This document shows, piece after piece, positions 45,087 through 53,503 of a stretch of 64,000 nucleotides of DNA; within the stretch, counting starts at the first letter, position 1; each line of letters begins with the position of its first letter. Location of the stretch: the NCBI GenBank assembly GCA_017501225.1, contig JAFVXH010000007.1, forward strand, positions 82,501 to 146,500, read 5' to 3'. The stretch comes from Clostridia bacterium (GTDB taxonomy: Bacteria; Bacillota; Clostridia; Oscillospirales; CAG-272). The notes beneath the pieces were generated by a model. It was not told the origin of the DNA, did no database searches, and saw nothing but the letters and a program-made list of their open reading frames with translations. The translations under genes were made by a program, and so were the position numbers.

Positions 45087-45398
45087 TCAGATTTTAACCT
45101 CAATCTCAACACCGGCGGGAAGTTCGACACTCATCAGCGCGTCCACAACCTTCTGGGACGGCTTAAGGATGTCAATCAGTCTCTTGTGAGTACGGTACTC
45201 GAACTGCTCACGGCTATCCTTGTACTTGTGCACTGCGCGGAGAATGGTGATGATCTCCTTCTCAGTGGGAAGTGGGATAGGACCGGAAACCTCGGCGCCG
45301 TTTCTGGTTGCGACCTCAACAATCTTCTTTGCTGCGGTATCAATCAGAACGTGGTCGTAGCTCTTCAGTCTTACTCTGATTCTCTCTTTTACTGCCAT
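45087..45398 (-). CDS. rpsJ: 30S ribosomal protein S10
   Basis: [61 protein letters not shown]. Confidence 0.97.
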   Translation of the reverse strand: MAVKERIRVRLKSYDHVLIDTAAKKIVEVATRNGAEVSGPIPLPTEKEIITILRAVHKYKDSREQFEYRTHKRLIDILKPSQKVVDALMSVELPAGVEIEVKI

Positions 45399-45720
45399 TG
45401 TTTTTGCCTCCTTATCAGATTTCGCTTGTCTGCGGCGCCTATATAATAAATGGTAGGGAAGGTCCGCAGGCCGCGTTTGTGCAAGGCAGGCTTTTTCTCC
45501 AACACTGTGCCGTGCGTTTCTTGATGCTCCTTAAAAATGTCGGACTTTGCCCTTGCCATCAGCATCTGGCAGGACAAATTCCGGGGGTGGATCAGTCAGA
45601 ATTGCATTGGCACAACGCCTTTGAAAAACACCTTTCGCCCGGTTCAACGGACATACTCCACGAAAATTCCCTGTCGGAGCGTCCCCCGACAGCAACCTTT
45701 CGCTTCATCGCATATCAAGC
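45399..45720 (-). promoter_or_regulatory. long (~320 nt) 5' leader of the S10 operon, candidate regulatory RNA
   Basis: This is the region between the consensus promoter (45755..45727) and the rpsJ ATG. It has no credible ORF. Hairpins on the minus strand include CTGTCGG-gggacgct-CCGACAG and TGCCA-gatgctga-TGGCA. The function is not established. Confidence 0.4.
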
Positions 45721-45726
45721 TTTTAT

Positions 45727-45755
45727 ATTATAACAGAAACGTTCCGATTTTGCAA
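45727..45755 (-). promoter_or_regulatory. sigmaA-type promoter of the S10-spc-alpha supercluster
   Basis: Minus strand reads TTGCAA (45755..45750), a 17-nt spacer, then TATAAT (45732..45727). Confidence 0.65.
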
Positions 45756-46106
45756 TAGTTATCTGTTGTGCAAAACATAGAACTTTATTTCAAAAAAGCG
45801 CCTTAAAATAGCAACTTGCACAATTTTTCACATTTTTGGAGCCAAAATAGAGGTCAACGGCGGCTTTGGCGCTTCCGGAAGCACCAATCGGCGCTTCCTT
45901 CCGACTCTTTTCCGCAACACGGCTCCGTGTGTTTTGTTCCCGGAGAAGCAAGGGAGGTCGCACGCCGTCGGAGCTCATATCAAGGTTTTTGATAATCTTT
46001 TTGATTTTTTTGCAATCCGTCGAAAACGGACATACTATGTTCACATTTTTGTTATATAATAAGTTGTTAGAAACGCTACTTTTTACTGATTGCGAGGAAT
46101 CGGTTC

Positions 46107-47006
46107 ATGAATACAACCCACAAAAAGGTCGAGCGCACCCTTTGGCTTTCCTTTGCCGTTCTGCTGATCGCGACGCTTGCCTTGCAGATGATCGCTCTGC
46201 TTTTTGAATATGACGCAAGGGAGAATTATTTTGCGATCGGAGCAAAGCTCCCGATCTTCTCTGCCCTCTGCGCGGTCCTGTGCGGCTTGTGCGGCATTGC
46301 GGCGGCATTCCTGACCAAGGGCCGTGAACAAGTGATCGCGCCTGTGGATGCTCCCATCTGCAATCCCGTTTGCTGCGGTCTTTCCGCCATGGGCTTTCTG
46401 TGCGCGACCGCTTTGATCCTAATCGCGGATCGCTCCGCGTTCTCGTTGCCCACCGCAATTTTCCTGTTGCTCGGCTTTGTGTATTCGATCCTGATGCTGG
46501 TGCGCTCAGTTCTCTCCCGCAGCTTTTCCGCTCTCCCCTGGCTTGGAATGATCACCGTCATCGCAACCATCGTGATGAACGCCTACTATTATTTCGACTC
46601 CACCGTAGAGATGAACGCGCCCGTCAAGGTCTGCATGCAGATCTCCCTGCTCTTTTTCATGCTTTCTCTGGTATCGGAGCTGCGCTATCTGTTTGACGCC
46701 GCACAACCGAGAATGTACCTCGCGCTTCACGCATGTCTGCTTGCAAGCATCGCGCTTGCCCTGCCGACCCTGCTGTTCGTTGTATTGACGGGACGTCTTG
46801 CACGTCTTGATTATCTCGCGGGCGGATTGCTTCTGCTCTTTTTGCTTCCGAGCGCGGTGCTGCGTATCCTTTGCATGCTGTTCGGAGCCAAAACAGAACC
46901 GATTCAGGCTTGTGAGGAGCCCGCCGCGCAGAATGACTTGACAGATTCCGATGCAGAAACCGAACCGACCGACGACACCATAGATATAGATAAGGAAGAG
47001 TATTGA
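46107..47006 (+). CDS. hypothetical polytopic membrane protein with acidic C-terminal tail
   Basis: 299 aa, GAGGA RBS, roughly 7-8 hydrophobic segments. The tail is EEPAAQNDLTDSDAETEPTDDTIDIDKEEY. I recognise no family. Confidence 0.6.
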   Translation: MNTTHKKVERTLWLSFAVLLIATLALQMIALLFEYDARENYFAIGAKLPIFSALCAVLCGLCGIAAAFLTKGREQVIAPVDAPICNPVCCGLSAMGFLCATALILIADRSAFSLPTAIFLLLGFVYSILMLVRSVLSRSFSALPWLGMITVIATIVMNAYYYFDSTVEMNAPVKVCMQISLLFFMLSLVSELRYLFDAAQPRMYLALHACLLASIALALPTLLFVVLTGRLARLDYLAGGLLLLFLLPSAVLRILCMLFGAKTEPIQACEEPAAQNDLTDSDAETEPTDDTIDIDKEEY

Positions 47007-47007
47007 T

Positions 47008-47559
47008 ATGAACGCCAACACACGGATTCAATGGCTTCACAAGAAGCTTGCCTTGAATAGCTATCCGAACGCCCGACGCCTTGCCGAGCGCTTTCAGATC
47101 TCACACCGTCAGGCACAAAGAGATCTGAACTACCTGCGCTGCGAGCTGGAGGCTCCCTTGGCGTATGACAATCACCGCAAGGGCTTCTACTATACCGAGC
47201 AGTTCACCCTGCCCCTGCTTCTCTCCTCGGATAACGACGATCTCTATATTCCCGAGATCTTTGACGTCAAGAACATTCAGGAGCTTGCCGCCGAGGATTC
47301 CATCATCCAGATGCAGATCCCGTATTCCGCCATCATTGAGATCAAGGACAAGCTGGTCGCACTGGAGATGAACCGCTACATCGTCGCGCGCGAGCCCCGC
47401 AACCGCTACGTGTGCGAATTTCACAGCATCGAAAAGTTTATCGGTCTTTTGCTTTCCACCGACGCCGATTTTCGCCTGATCGAGCCGGCGTGGCTCCGAG
47501 AACGGATCGTCAAATCCGCGCGTCGCGTGCTGGAAAACCACGAGGGCATGGATCAGTGA
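47008..47559 (+). CDS. short HTH transcriptional regulator, YafY/PafBC-like HTH plus WCX-like C-terminus, no WYL domain
   Basis: 183 aa. The ATG is 1 nt after the upstream stop (TGAtATG). N-terminus: RIQWLHKKLALNSYPNARRLAERFQISHRQAQRDLNYLRCELEAPLAYDNHRKGFYY (HTH_11-like). C-terminus: RYVCEFHSIEKFIGLLLSTDADFRLIEPAWLRERIV (WCX-like). Confidence 0.6.
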   Translation: MNANTRIQWLHKKLALNSYPNARRLAERFQISHRQAQRDLNYLRCELEAPLAYDNHRKGFYYTEQFTLPLLLSSDNDDLYIPEIFDVKNIQELAAEDSIIQMQIPYSAIIEIKDKLVALEMNRYIVAREPRNRYVCEFHSIEKFIGLLLSTDADFRLIEPAWLRERIVKSARRVLENHEGMDQ

Positions 47560-47567
47560 CGGCAGAT

Positions 47568-47608
47568 CATCCGCAATACGGACAGGTATTGCGGATGTCT
47601 TTTTATAT
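47568..47608 (+). terminator. rho-independent terminator after the HTH regulator gene
   Basis: CATCCGCAATAC-ggacag-GTATTGCGGATG, then TCTTTTTATAT. Confidence 0.85.
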
Positions 47609-47654
47609 AAAATGAGGACTTTTTCACTTTTTTGAATTTTTTTCAAAAAAAGGC

Positions 47655-47683
47655 TTGACAAAGGAAATGCGGTGTGGTATAAT
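47655..47683 (+). promoter_or_regulatory. sigmaA-type promoter of rplJL (consensus, extended -10, A/T-rich UP region)
   Basis: TTGACA (47655..47660), a 17-nt spacer ending in TGg, then TATAAT (47678..47683). It is preceded by the A/T palindrome TTTTTTGAA-N5-TTCAAAAAA (47628..47650). Confidence 0.75.
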
Positions 47684-47689
47684 ACCTCC

Positions 47690-47846
47690 GTTATCCGAAG
47701 ACAGCAGGTTCCGGTAAAAGCATTGCTTTCCTGCCGAGGAGATGAATTGAATTACAGAGATGTAGTTGCAATCTTTCCTTGGAGGCGCTGTGCCTGCCGG
47801 AGGAAAGATTTTTTATTTGCCAATTCACATTGGGAGGTGAAACGAA
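47690..47846 (+). promoter_or_regulatory. L10 (rplJ) leader with intrinsic attenuator
   Basis: Structured 5' UTR ahead of rplJ. The hairpin TCTTTCCT...AGGAAAGA (47772..47808) is followed by TTTTTTATTT, then the GGGAGGTG RBS. The position and architecture match the Firmicute L10-leader class. Confidence 0.6.
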
Positions 47847-48362
47847 ATGCCCAGCAATTCTATTTTGATTCAGAAGCAACAGGTTGTAGCAGACCTCGCA
47901 GAACAAATTAAGAATTCTACCGCAGGCGTCGTTGTAAACTACCAGGGTATCACCGTAGAGGCTGATACCGCAATGCGTAAGGCTCTTCGCGAGGCAGGTG
48001 TCAAGTACGTTGTTATGAAGAACACCATGACCGGCAGAGCATGCGATATGGTTGGTTACAGTGAGATGAAGCAGTACCTCAACGGTATGACCGCAATCGC
48101 AATCAGCGAGAAGGATCCCGTTGTTGCTGCAAAGATCCTCAAGACCTACGCCGACAAGGTTGAGTCCTTTAACATTGTTGCAGGTTATGTAGACGGAGCT
48201 GTTATTGACGCTAACACAGTCAACGCATTGGCAGAGATCCCCAACAAGGAAACTCTCATTGCAAAGCTGCTTGGCTCTATCCAGTCTCCCCTGTACAAGT
48301 TCGCATATGCCATCAAGGCAGTTTGCGACAAAAACGAAGAGGAGACTCCCGCAGAGGCGTAA
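47847..48362 (+). CDS. rplJ: 50S ribosomal protein L10
   Basis: KQQVVADLAEQIKNSTAGVVVNYQGITVEADTAMRKALREAGVKYVVMKNT. Confidence 0.96.
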   Translation: MPSNSILIQKQQVVADLAEQIKNSTAGVVVNYQGITVEADTAMRKALREAGVKYVVMKNTMTGRACDMVGYSEMKQYLNGMTAIAISEKDPVVAAKILKTYADKVESFNIVAGYVDGAVIDANTVNALAEIPNKETLIAKLLGSIQSPLYKFAYAIKAVCDKNEEETPAEA

Positions 48363-48474
48363 TAAAAACGCTCCCGCGCACTCCCTTCCCATCGGTTTTC
48401 ATCCGATCATTCAATTCTTACCGCCCCTGATCGCGCGGTAATATCAAAAAAACCATTATTGGAGGTATTTGAAA

Positions 48475-48852
48475 ATGGCATCCGAAAAGATTACTAACAT
48501 TCTTGAAGAGATTAAGTCCCTGACCATCCTCGAGCTCAATGACCTTGTTAAGGCAGTTGAGGAGGAGTTCGGCGTATCCGCAGCAGCTCCCGTTGGCGTT
48601 GTTGCAGCAGCAGGCGCAGCTGCTCCCGCAGCTGAGGAGAAGACCGAGTTCGACGTTATCCTTGCTAACTTCGGCGCTAAGAAGCTCGACGTTATTAAGG
48701 TTGTTCGTGAGCTCACCGGTCTTGGTCTGAAGGACGCTAAGGACCTTGTTGAGGGCGCTCCTAAGGCTATTAAGGAAGGCGTTTCCAAGGACGAGGCTGA
48801 GAAGATTAAGGCTGCTCTTACCGAAGCAGGCGCTACTGTTGAAGTAAAGTAA
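48475..48852 (+). CDS. rplL: 50S ribosomal protein L7/L12
   Basis: [34 protein letters not shown]...[23 protein letters not shown]. Start at ATG 48475 (GGAGGT 8 nt upstream); the track uses TTG at 48469. Confidence 0.97.
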   Translation: MASEKITNILEEIKSLTILELNDLVKAVEEEFGVSAAAPVGVVAAAGAAAPAAEEKTEFDVILANFGAKKLDVIKVVRELTGLGLKDAKDLVEGAPKAIKEGVSKDEAEKIKAALTEAGATVEVK

Positions 48853-48899
48853 TTTAACATCAGTCAAAGTTCTGATTCTTATCTGTCTTGGTAACAGAA

Positions 48900-48944
48900 G
48901 AACCGCTACACATCCGTGTAACGGTTCTTTTTTGTCTTTATTTT
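48900..48944 (+). terminator. rho-independent terminator of rplJL (overlaps the polA stop)
   Basis: GAACCGCTACAC-atcc-GTGTAACGGTTC (one mismatch), then TTTTTTGTCTTTATTTT. Confidence 0.85.
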
Positions 48945-51478
48945 GCGTCGTACCACGTCTTTCCCACGTGAATGTCCACGTCAAGAGGCACCGCATACGC
49001 CACGGCTCCCTCCATCGCATCCTGCAGGATCGAGAATGCCTGCTCGGCACAGGAGCTGTGCGCCTCGATCAGCAATTCGTCGTGCACCTGGAGAAGCAAT
49101 CTCGCATCGATCCCCGCCTCTGCAAGTGCCTTGTGCGCGCGGATCATGGCAAGCTTGATGACGTCCGCCGCCGTTCCCTGAATGGGGCTGTTCATGGCAA
49201 CGCGCTCACCGAATTTTTGCTGCATCTTGTTACTGCCCGAAAGCTCGGGGATATAGCGTCTTCTTCCAAAGAGCGTGGTAACGTATCCCGTGTCATAGGC
49301 ATCCGAGATGACCTGCTTGAGATACGCATCCACCTTGGGATATCCCGCCAGATATTGGTCAATATATTCCTGCGCCTCGGCACGGCTGACACCGATATCG
49401 TCCGAGAGAGAAAATGCGCCAATGCCGTACATGATGCCGAAATTGACTGCCTTTGCCTTCTTTCGCATCTCAGGAGTGACCTCCTCGGCAGAAACACCGA
49501 ACACCTTGGCAGCCGTCGCAGTATGAACGTCCACACCGCCAAGGAAGGCATCGATCAGGCTCTCGTCGCCCGAAATGTGAGCAAGGATCCGAAGCTCGAT
49601 CTGCGAATAGTCCGCATCGATCAGCACGTAATCCGCATTTTTTGGCAGGAAGAAGCGGCGCAGCTCCCGTCCCATCTCGGTACGCACGGGAATGTTTTGC
49701 AGGTTTGGCTCGGTGGAGGACAGTCTGCCCGTCGCCGTACCCGTCTGCTTGAAGGTGGTATGCACACGCCCCTCGTCATCCGCAACCTTGAGAAGTCCCT
49801 CCGTATAGGTGCTTTTGAGCTTGGTGACCTGACGGTAATCCAGAATGTCCTGAATGATGGGATGATACGGGCGGAGCTTTTCTAAGATCTCGGCATTGGT
49901 CGAATATCCCGTCTTGGTCTTCTTGGCGTGCGGAAGCTTCAAAATATCGAACAGCACCTCGCCAAGCTGCTTGGGAGAGTTGACGTTAAAGCTCTTGCCC
50001 GCGTGGAAGTAGATCTGTGCCTCCAGCGCCTCGGCAAGCGCGCCCAGCTGCTCTCCGTAGCAAGCAATCCCCGCACGGTCAATATAAAAGCCCGCTGTTT
50101 CCATATCTGCAAGCACCGCCGCCAAGGGGATCTCGATCTCCTCCAGTAAGGCAAGCTGGCCGCTTTGCTGCAGCTTTTCCCAAATTGCCGTGTAAAGGGG
50201 CAGCAAATACGCAACGCTCGGCGTGCTTTCGCTCGGCACAGTACCCAAATAGTCCGAAACAAGGGTGGAAAGGTCAAAATTGCTCTTGGAGGAGTTGACA
50301 AGATACGCCCCCAGCATCACGTCCTGCACCCGAAGCGAACGCAGATGCTCCAATCCCTTTGTTTTGTAGAGCGTTTTGCAATCATAGCACACCACGGGAT
50401 GGGCTTTCAGAAGCGGTGTGATCGCGCCGAGGCGCTCCTCAACGCGCAAAATTTCCTCTCCGACGCAAAGCTGTAACGCGCCGTCCTCGCCCATCGCAAA
50501 CGCAACGGGCGCATCGCCCTGCAGCTTTTCACGCAAAACGGCATACGAAACCGTCTGCACCGTGCTTGGTGCATGGACAGATGGATTTTCGATTCCATCC
50601 GTCGCTTCCTCGCTCTCGGTCAGATCGAATTTTTTCAAAAAAGCGGAAAACTCCAGGCGCAGGAACATCGCCCGTGCCTCTTTTTTCTGAATACCCGTAT
50701 ACGCGACGTCCGAAAGCGTCTTGGCAAGCGGCACCGTGCGGCAGATGGTAGCAAGCGTTTGGGACAGATACGCATTGTCCTTCCCCGCCTCCAGCTTGGT
50801 GCGCACCGAGGGGGAAAGGGGTGCCGTGGGCAGATTTTCATACACACCGTCAAGGCTTGCGTACTCCGAGATGAGCTTGAGCGCGGTTTTCTCTCCGATT
50901 CCCGCAACACCGGGAATGTTGTCCGAGGAATCCCCCATGAGCGCTTTAACGTCCACAAAGGAGGTGGCGGGCACTCCGTATTTTGCAAAAAACGCAGCCT
51001 CGTCCATATCCACCGTATCCTGATTGGTGGCAAGCAGTACGTGTACCGAAGGACCGATGAGCTGCAACGCGTCCTTATCTCCCGTCAGAAGATAGGCGTC
51101 TACGTCCGCTTCCTCACACATACGCGCAAGTGTGCCGAGGATATCGTCTGCCTCATACCCCTCCAATTCCAGCGTGGAAAATCCAAGTGCGCGCATCAGC
51201 TCCTTGGCAACGGGCATCTGCATCTTCAGCTCCTCGGGCATGGGGCGTCTTCCCGCCTTGTAAGCATCGTAAAGATGATGGCGGAAGGTGGGAGCCTTGA
51301 GATCGAACGCCACCGCGCAATAGTCGGGCGAAAGCGCCGTTACCTGCTTGGAAATAATGTTGACCATGCCATAGAGCGCATTGGTATAAAATCCGTCCTT
51401 TGTAGTCAGGGGGCGGATGCCGTAAAACGCGCGGTTGAGGATGCTGTTGCCATCCACGGCAAGCAATTTTTTCTTCAT
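48938..51478 (-). CDS. polA: DNA polymerase I
   Basis: 5'-nuclease N-terminus (KKLLAVDGNSILNRAFYG, GDSSDNIPGVAGIGEKTA). Pol motifs DYSQIELRILAH, RRKAKAVNFGIMYG and QVHDELLIE. Start at ATG 51478. Confidence 0.95.
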   Translation of the reverse strand: MKKKLLAVDGNSILNRAFYGIRPLTTKDGFYTNALYGMVNIISKQVTALSPDYCAVAFDLKAPTFRHHLYDAYKAGRRPMPEELKMQMPVAKELMRALGFSTLELEGYEADDILGTLARMCEEADVDAYLLTGDKDALQLIGPSVHVLLATNQDTVDMDEAAFFAKYGVPATSFVDVKALMGDSSDNIPGVAGIGEKTALKLISEYASLDGVYENLPTAPLSPSVRTKLEAGKDNAYLSQTLATICRTVPLAKTLSDVAYTGIQKKEARAMFLRLEFSAFLKKFDLTESEEATDGIENPSVHAPSTVQTVSYAVLREKLQGDAPVAFAMGEDGALQLCVGEEILRVEERLGAITPLLKAHPVVCYDCKTLYKTKGLEHLRSLRVQDVMLGAYLVNSSKSNFDLSTLVSDYLGTVPSESTPSVAYLLPLYTAIWEKLQQSGQLALLEEIEIPLAAVLADMETAGFYIDRAGIACYGEQLGALAEALEAQIYFHAGKSFNVNSPKQLGEVLFDILKLPHAKKTKTGYSTNAEILEKLRPYHPIIQDILDYRQVTKLKSTYTEGLLKVADDEGRVHTTFKQTGTATGRLSSTEPNLQNIPVRTEMGRELRRFFLPKNADYVLIDADYSQIELRILAHISGDESLIDAFLGGVDVHTATAAKVFGVSAEEVTPEMRKKAKAVNFGIMYGIGAFSLSDDIGVSRAEAQEYIDQYLAGYPKVDAYLKQVISDAYDTGYVTTLFGRRRYIPELSGSNKMQQKFGERVAMNSPIQGTAADVIKLAMIRAHKALAEAGIDARLLLQVHDELLIEAHSSCAEQAFSILQDAMEGAVAYAVPLDVDIHVGKTWYDAK

Positions 51479-51528
51479 GGCGATCGTCCTTTCCGATGCA
51501 TGTGCATTCAATACCGATTCTTGCCTTT

Positions 51529-51557
51529 ATTTTACCACGGATTGCAAAAAAAGTCAA
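51529..51557 (-). promoter_or_regulatory. candidate sigmaA promoter of polA
   Basis: Minus strand reads TTGACT (51557..51552), a 17-nt spacer ending in TGg, then TAAAAT (51534..51529). Confidence 0.5.
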
Positions 51558-51567
51558 TCAAAAGGAA

Positions 51568-51596
51568 CATAAAAAAGCGGAAGATCGCTCTTCCGC
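51568..51596 (-). terminator. rho-independent terminator after the rubredoxin gene
   Basis: Minus strand: GCGGAAG-agcgat-CTTCCGC, then TTTTTTATGTT. Confidence 0.7.
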
Positions 51597-51609
51597 AAAT
51601 ATAGCAGCT

Positions 51610-51795
51610 TCAGATGAGGTCATCCCGCTCCTCACACACCTCCACCTCAAAATCCTCCTTGGAGGCACCGCACAAAGGGCAAACCCAGGATGCGGGGAGA
51701 TCCTCAAAATCGGTTCCCGCGGGGACTCCGCTCTCATCGTCCCCAAGGCTTGCGTGATATTCATATCCGCAGAGCGCACATACGTAAATTGGCAT
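51610..51795 (-). CDS. rubredoxin
   Basis: [13 protein letters not shown]...[25 protein letters not shown] (two CxxCG knuckles). Start at ATG 51795 with an AAGGAG RBS. Confidence 0.9.
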   Translation of the reverse strand: MPIYVCALCGYEYHASLGDDESGVPAGTDFEDLPASWVCPLCGASKEDFEVEVCEERDDLI

Positions 51796-51940
51796 ACACT
51801 CACGACTCCTTTTCATATAATGTCAAAGCAGTATTATCATATAGCAAACGAACGGATTTGTCAATACCTGTTTTTGATTTTTCGCCTGATTTTTTCAGTC
51901 CTGAAGCATCCGATCATTTTTTCACCCAAGGGGGATCTCC

Positions 51941-53503
51941 ATGAAGCCGCAAGCCAAACGAATTTTCTGGAACGCCATGCTGCTCAGTGTCGCTTCTCTG
52001 TTCATGCGCACGGTAGGCGTCAGCTTTCAGGTCTATCTTTCCAACCGCGTCGGCGAGGAGAGCATGGGGCTCTTTTCGCTTTTGTCCGGCGTATACGGCT
52101 TTGCCCTGACGCTTGCCACCTCCGGCATCCATTTGGGTGTGACGCGCCTTGTGGTGGAGGCAGTCGGAAAAGGGGAATCGGGACGCGTCCGAAGTGTGAT
52201 GCGAAAAGCCACCCTCTACGCCTTATGCTTTGGCTGTCTTTCTTCTTCATTGCTCGCCCTATTTGCAGCCCCGATCGGAACGCATTGGCTCAAGGACGCA
52301 AGAACGGTTTCTTCCCTGCGTCTGCTTGCCATCACGCTCCCATTGATCTCGCTGTCCTCCGCGTGGGGCGGCTATTTTACCGCCGTGCGCCGTGCCTATA
52401 AAAGCGCCGCCGTACAGGTCGCCGAGCAAGCCCTGAAGATCGGCTTTACCATGCAGCTTTTGGCACACGTGCTTCCGTTTGGTGCCGAAGGCACCTTGTG
52501 CGTCTTGGTCCTGGGAGGCGCACTCGCGGAAATCTGCTCCTTCTTCCTGGAATGGATACTCTATCTTTTCGATAAGCGCAAAAGCTTTGGAAGGATCACA
52601 CCGCTCCCTCCAAACGGCGAGGGGCGCGCCCTGATGGGAATCTCCCTCCCCATCGCGTTTACGACCTACATTCGCTCTGCGCTCGTCACCCTACAGCACA
52701 TCCTCATTCCCGAGGGCTTGCGCAGCAGCGGTGCCTCGCACACGCAAGCCCTGGTCGCCTATGCAAACATTCATAGCATGGCACTGCCCGTCATTCTCTA
52801 TCCCGCAGCCCTGATCTATTCCTTTTCGGGTCTGTTGGTTCCCGAGATCGCGGAAAGCACCGTGCAAAACGCCACACGGCGCATCCGCTATATCATTTCG
52901 CGCGTTTGGTCGTTGGCGCTTCTCTTTTCGATCGGCGTTTCGGGGATCCTGATCTGCTTTTCGCAGGAGCTTGGAGCGCTCCTCTACCCCGGCACAAGTG
53001 CAGGAACCTACATTCGGATCCTTGCCCCCTTGGTTCCCATCATGTATCTTGACACCGCGACCGACGCCATGCTGAAGGGACTCGGTCAGCAGGTCTATTC
53101 CATGAATATCAACATCCTGGACGCGCTTCTCTCGGTCATCCTGGTGTGGACCTTGGTACCGCGTTACGGGATCGACGGATATCTTGTTACGGTCTACGTG
53201 TCGGAGCTGTTCAATACCGTTCTGAGCATTACCCGTCTGCTTTGTATCAGCCGCGTGCAGGTACGGCTGATGAAATGGATCTACGGACCGCTCCTTTGCA
53301 TCGTCGGAGCAACGTATGCGACGCGCACGCTCCTGCGCCTGATCGGCCCGTATCCGTCGGCACCGACTGCACTCGGATTGACCCTGCACTGCGCGTTGAC
53401 GCTCCTTCTGTATCTGTTGCTTTTGGTTTTGACGAAAAGCATCGGGCGCGAGGAGCTTTCCTGGACCCGAACACTCTTTCAAAGGTCCGCCGATGCCTCC
53501 TGA
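51941..53503 (+). CDS. MOP-superfamily flippase, SpoVB/MurJ-like polysaccharide biosynthesis protein
   Basis: 520 aa, about 14 TM segments. The N-terminus FWNAMLLSVASLFMRTVGVSFQVYLSNRVGEESMGLFSLLSGVYGFALTLATSGIHLGVTRLV is typical of SpoVB-type proteins. Confidence 0.7.
   Translation: MKPQAKRIFWNAMLLSVASLFMRTVGVSFQVYLSNRVGEESMGLFSLLSGVYGFALTLATSGIHLGVTRLVVEAVGKGESGRVRSVMRKATLYALCFGCLSSSLLALFAAPIGTHWLKDARTVSSLRLLAITLPLISLSSAWGGYFTAVRRAYKSAAVQVAEQALKIGFTMQLLAHVLPFGAEGTLCVLVLGGALAEICSFFLEWILYLFDKRKSFGRITPLPPNGEGRALMGISLPIAFTTYIRSALVTLQHILIPEGLRSSGASHTQALVAYANIHSMALPVILYPAALIYSFSGLLVPEIAESTVQNATRRIRYIISRVWSLALLFSIGVSGILICFSQELGALLYPGTSAGTYIRILAPLVPIMYLDTATDAMLKGLGQQVYSMNINILDALLSVILVWTLVPRYGIDGYLVTVYVSELFNTVLSITRLLCISRVQVRLMKWIYGPLLCIVGATYATRTLLRLIGPYPSAPTALGLTLHCALTLLLYLLLLVLTKSIGREELSWTRTLFQRSADAS

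Noticed and set aside
45790-46044. 84-aa minus-strand ORF upstream of the S10 promoter
   Set aside because: There is no Shine-Dalgarno sequence and no recognisable fold. It lies in the promoter/operator region of the divergent genes.
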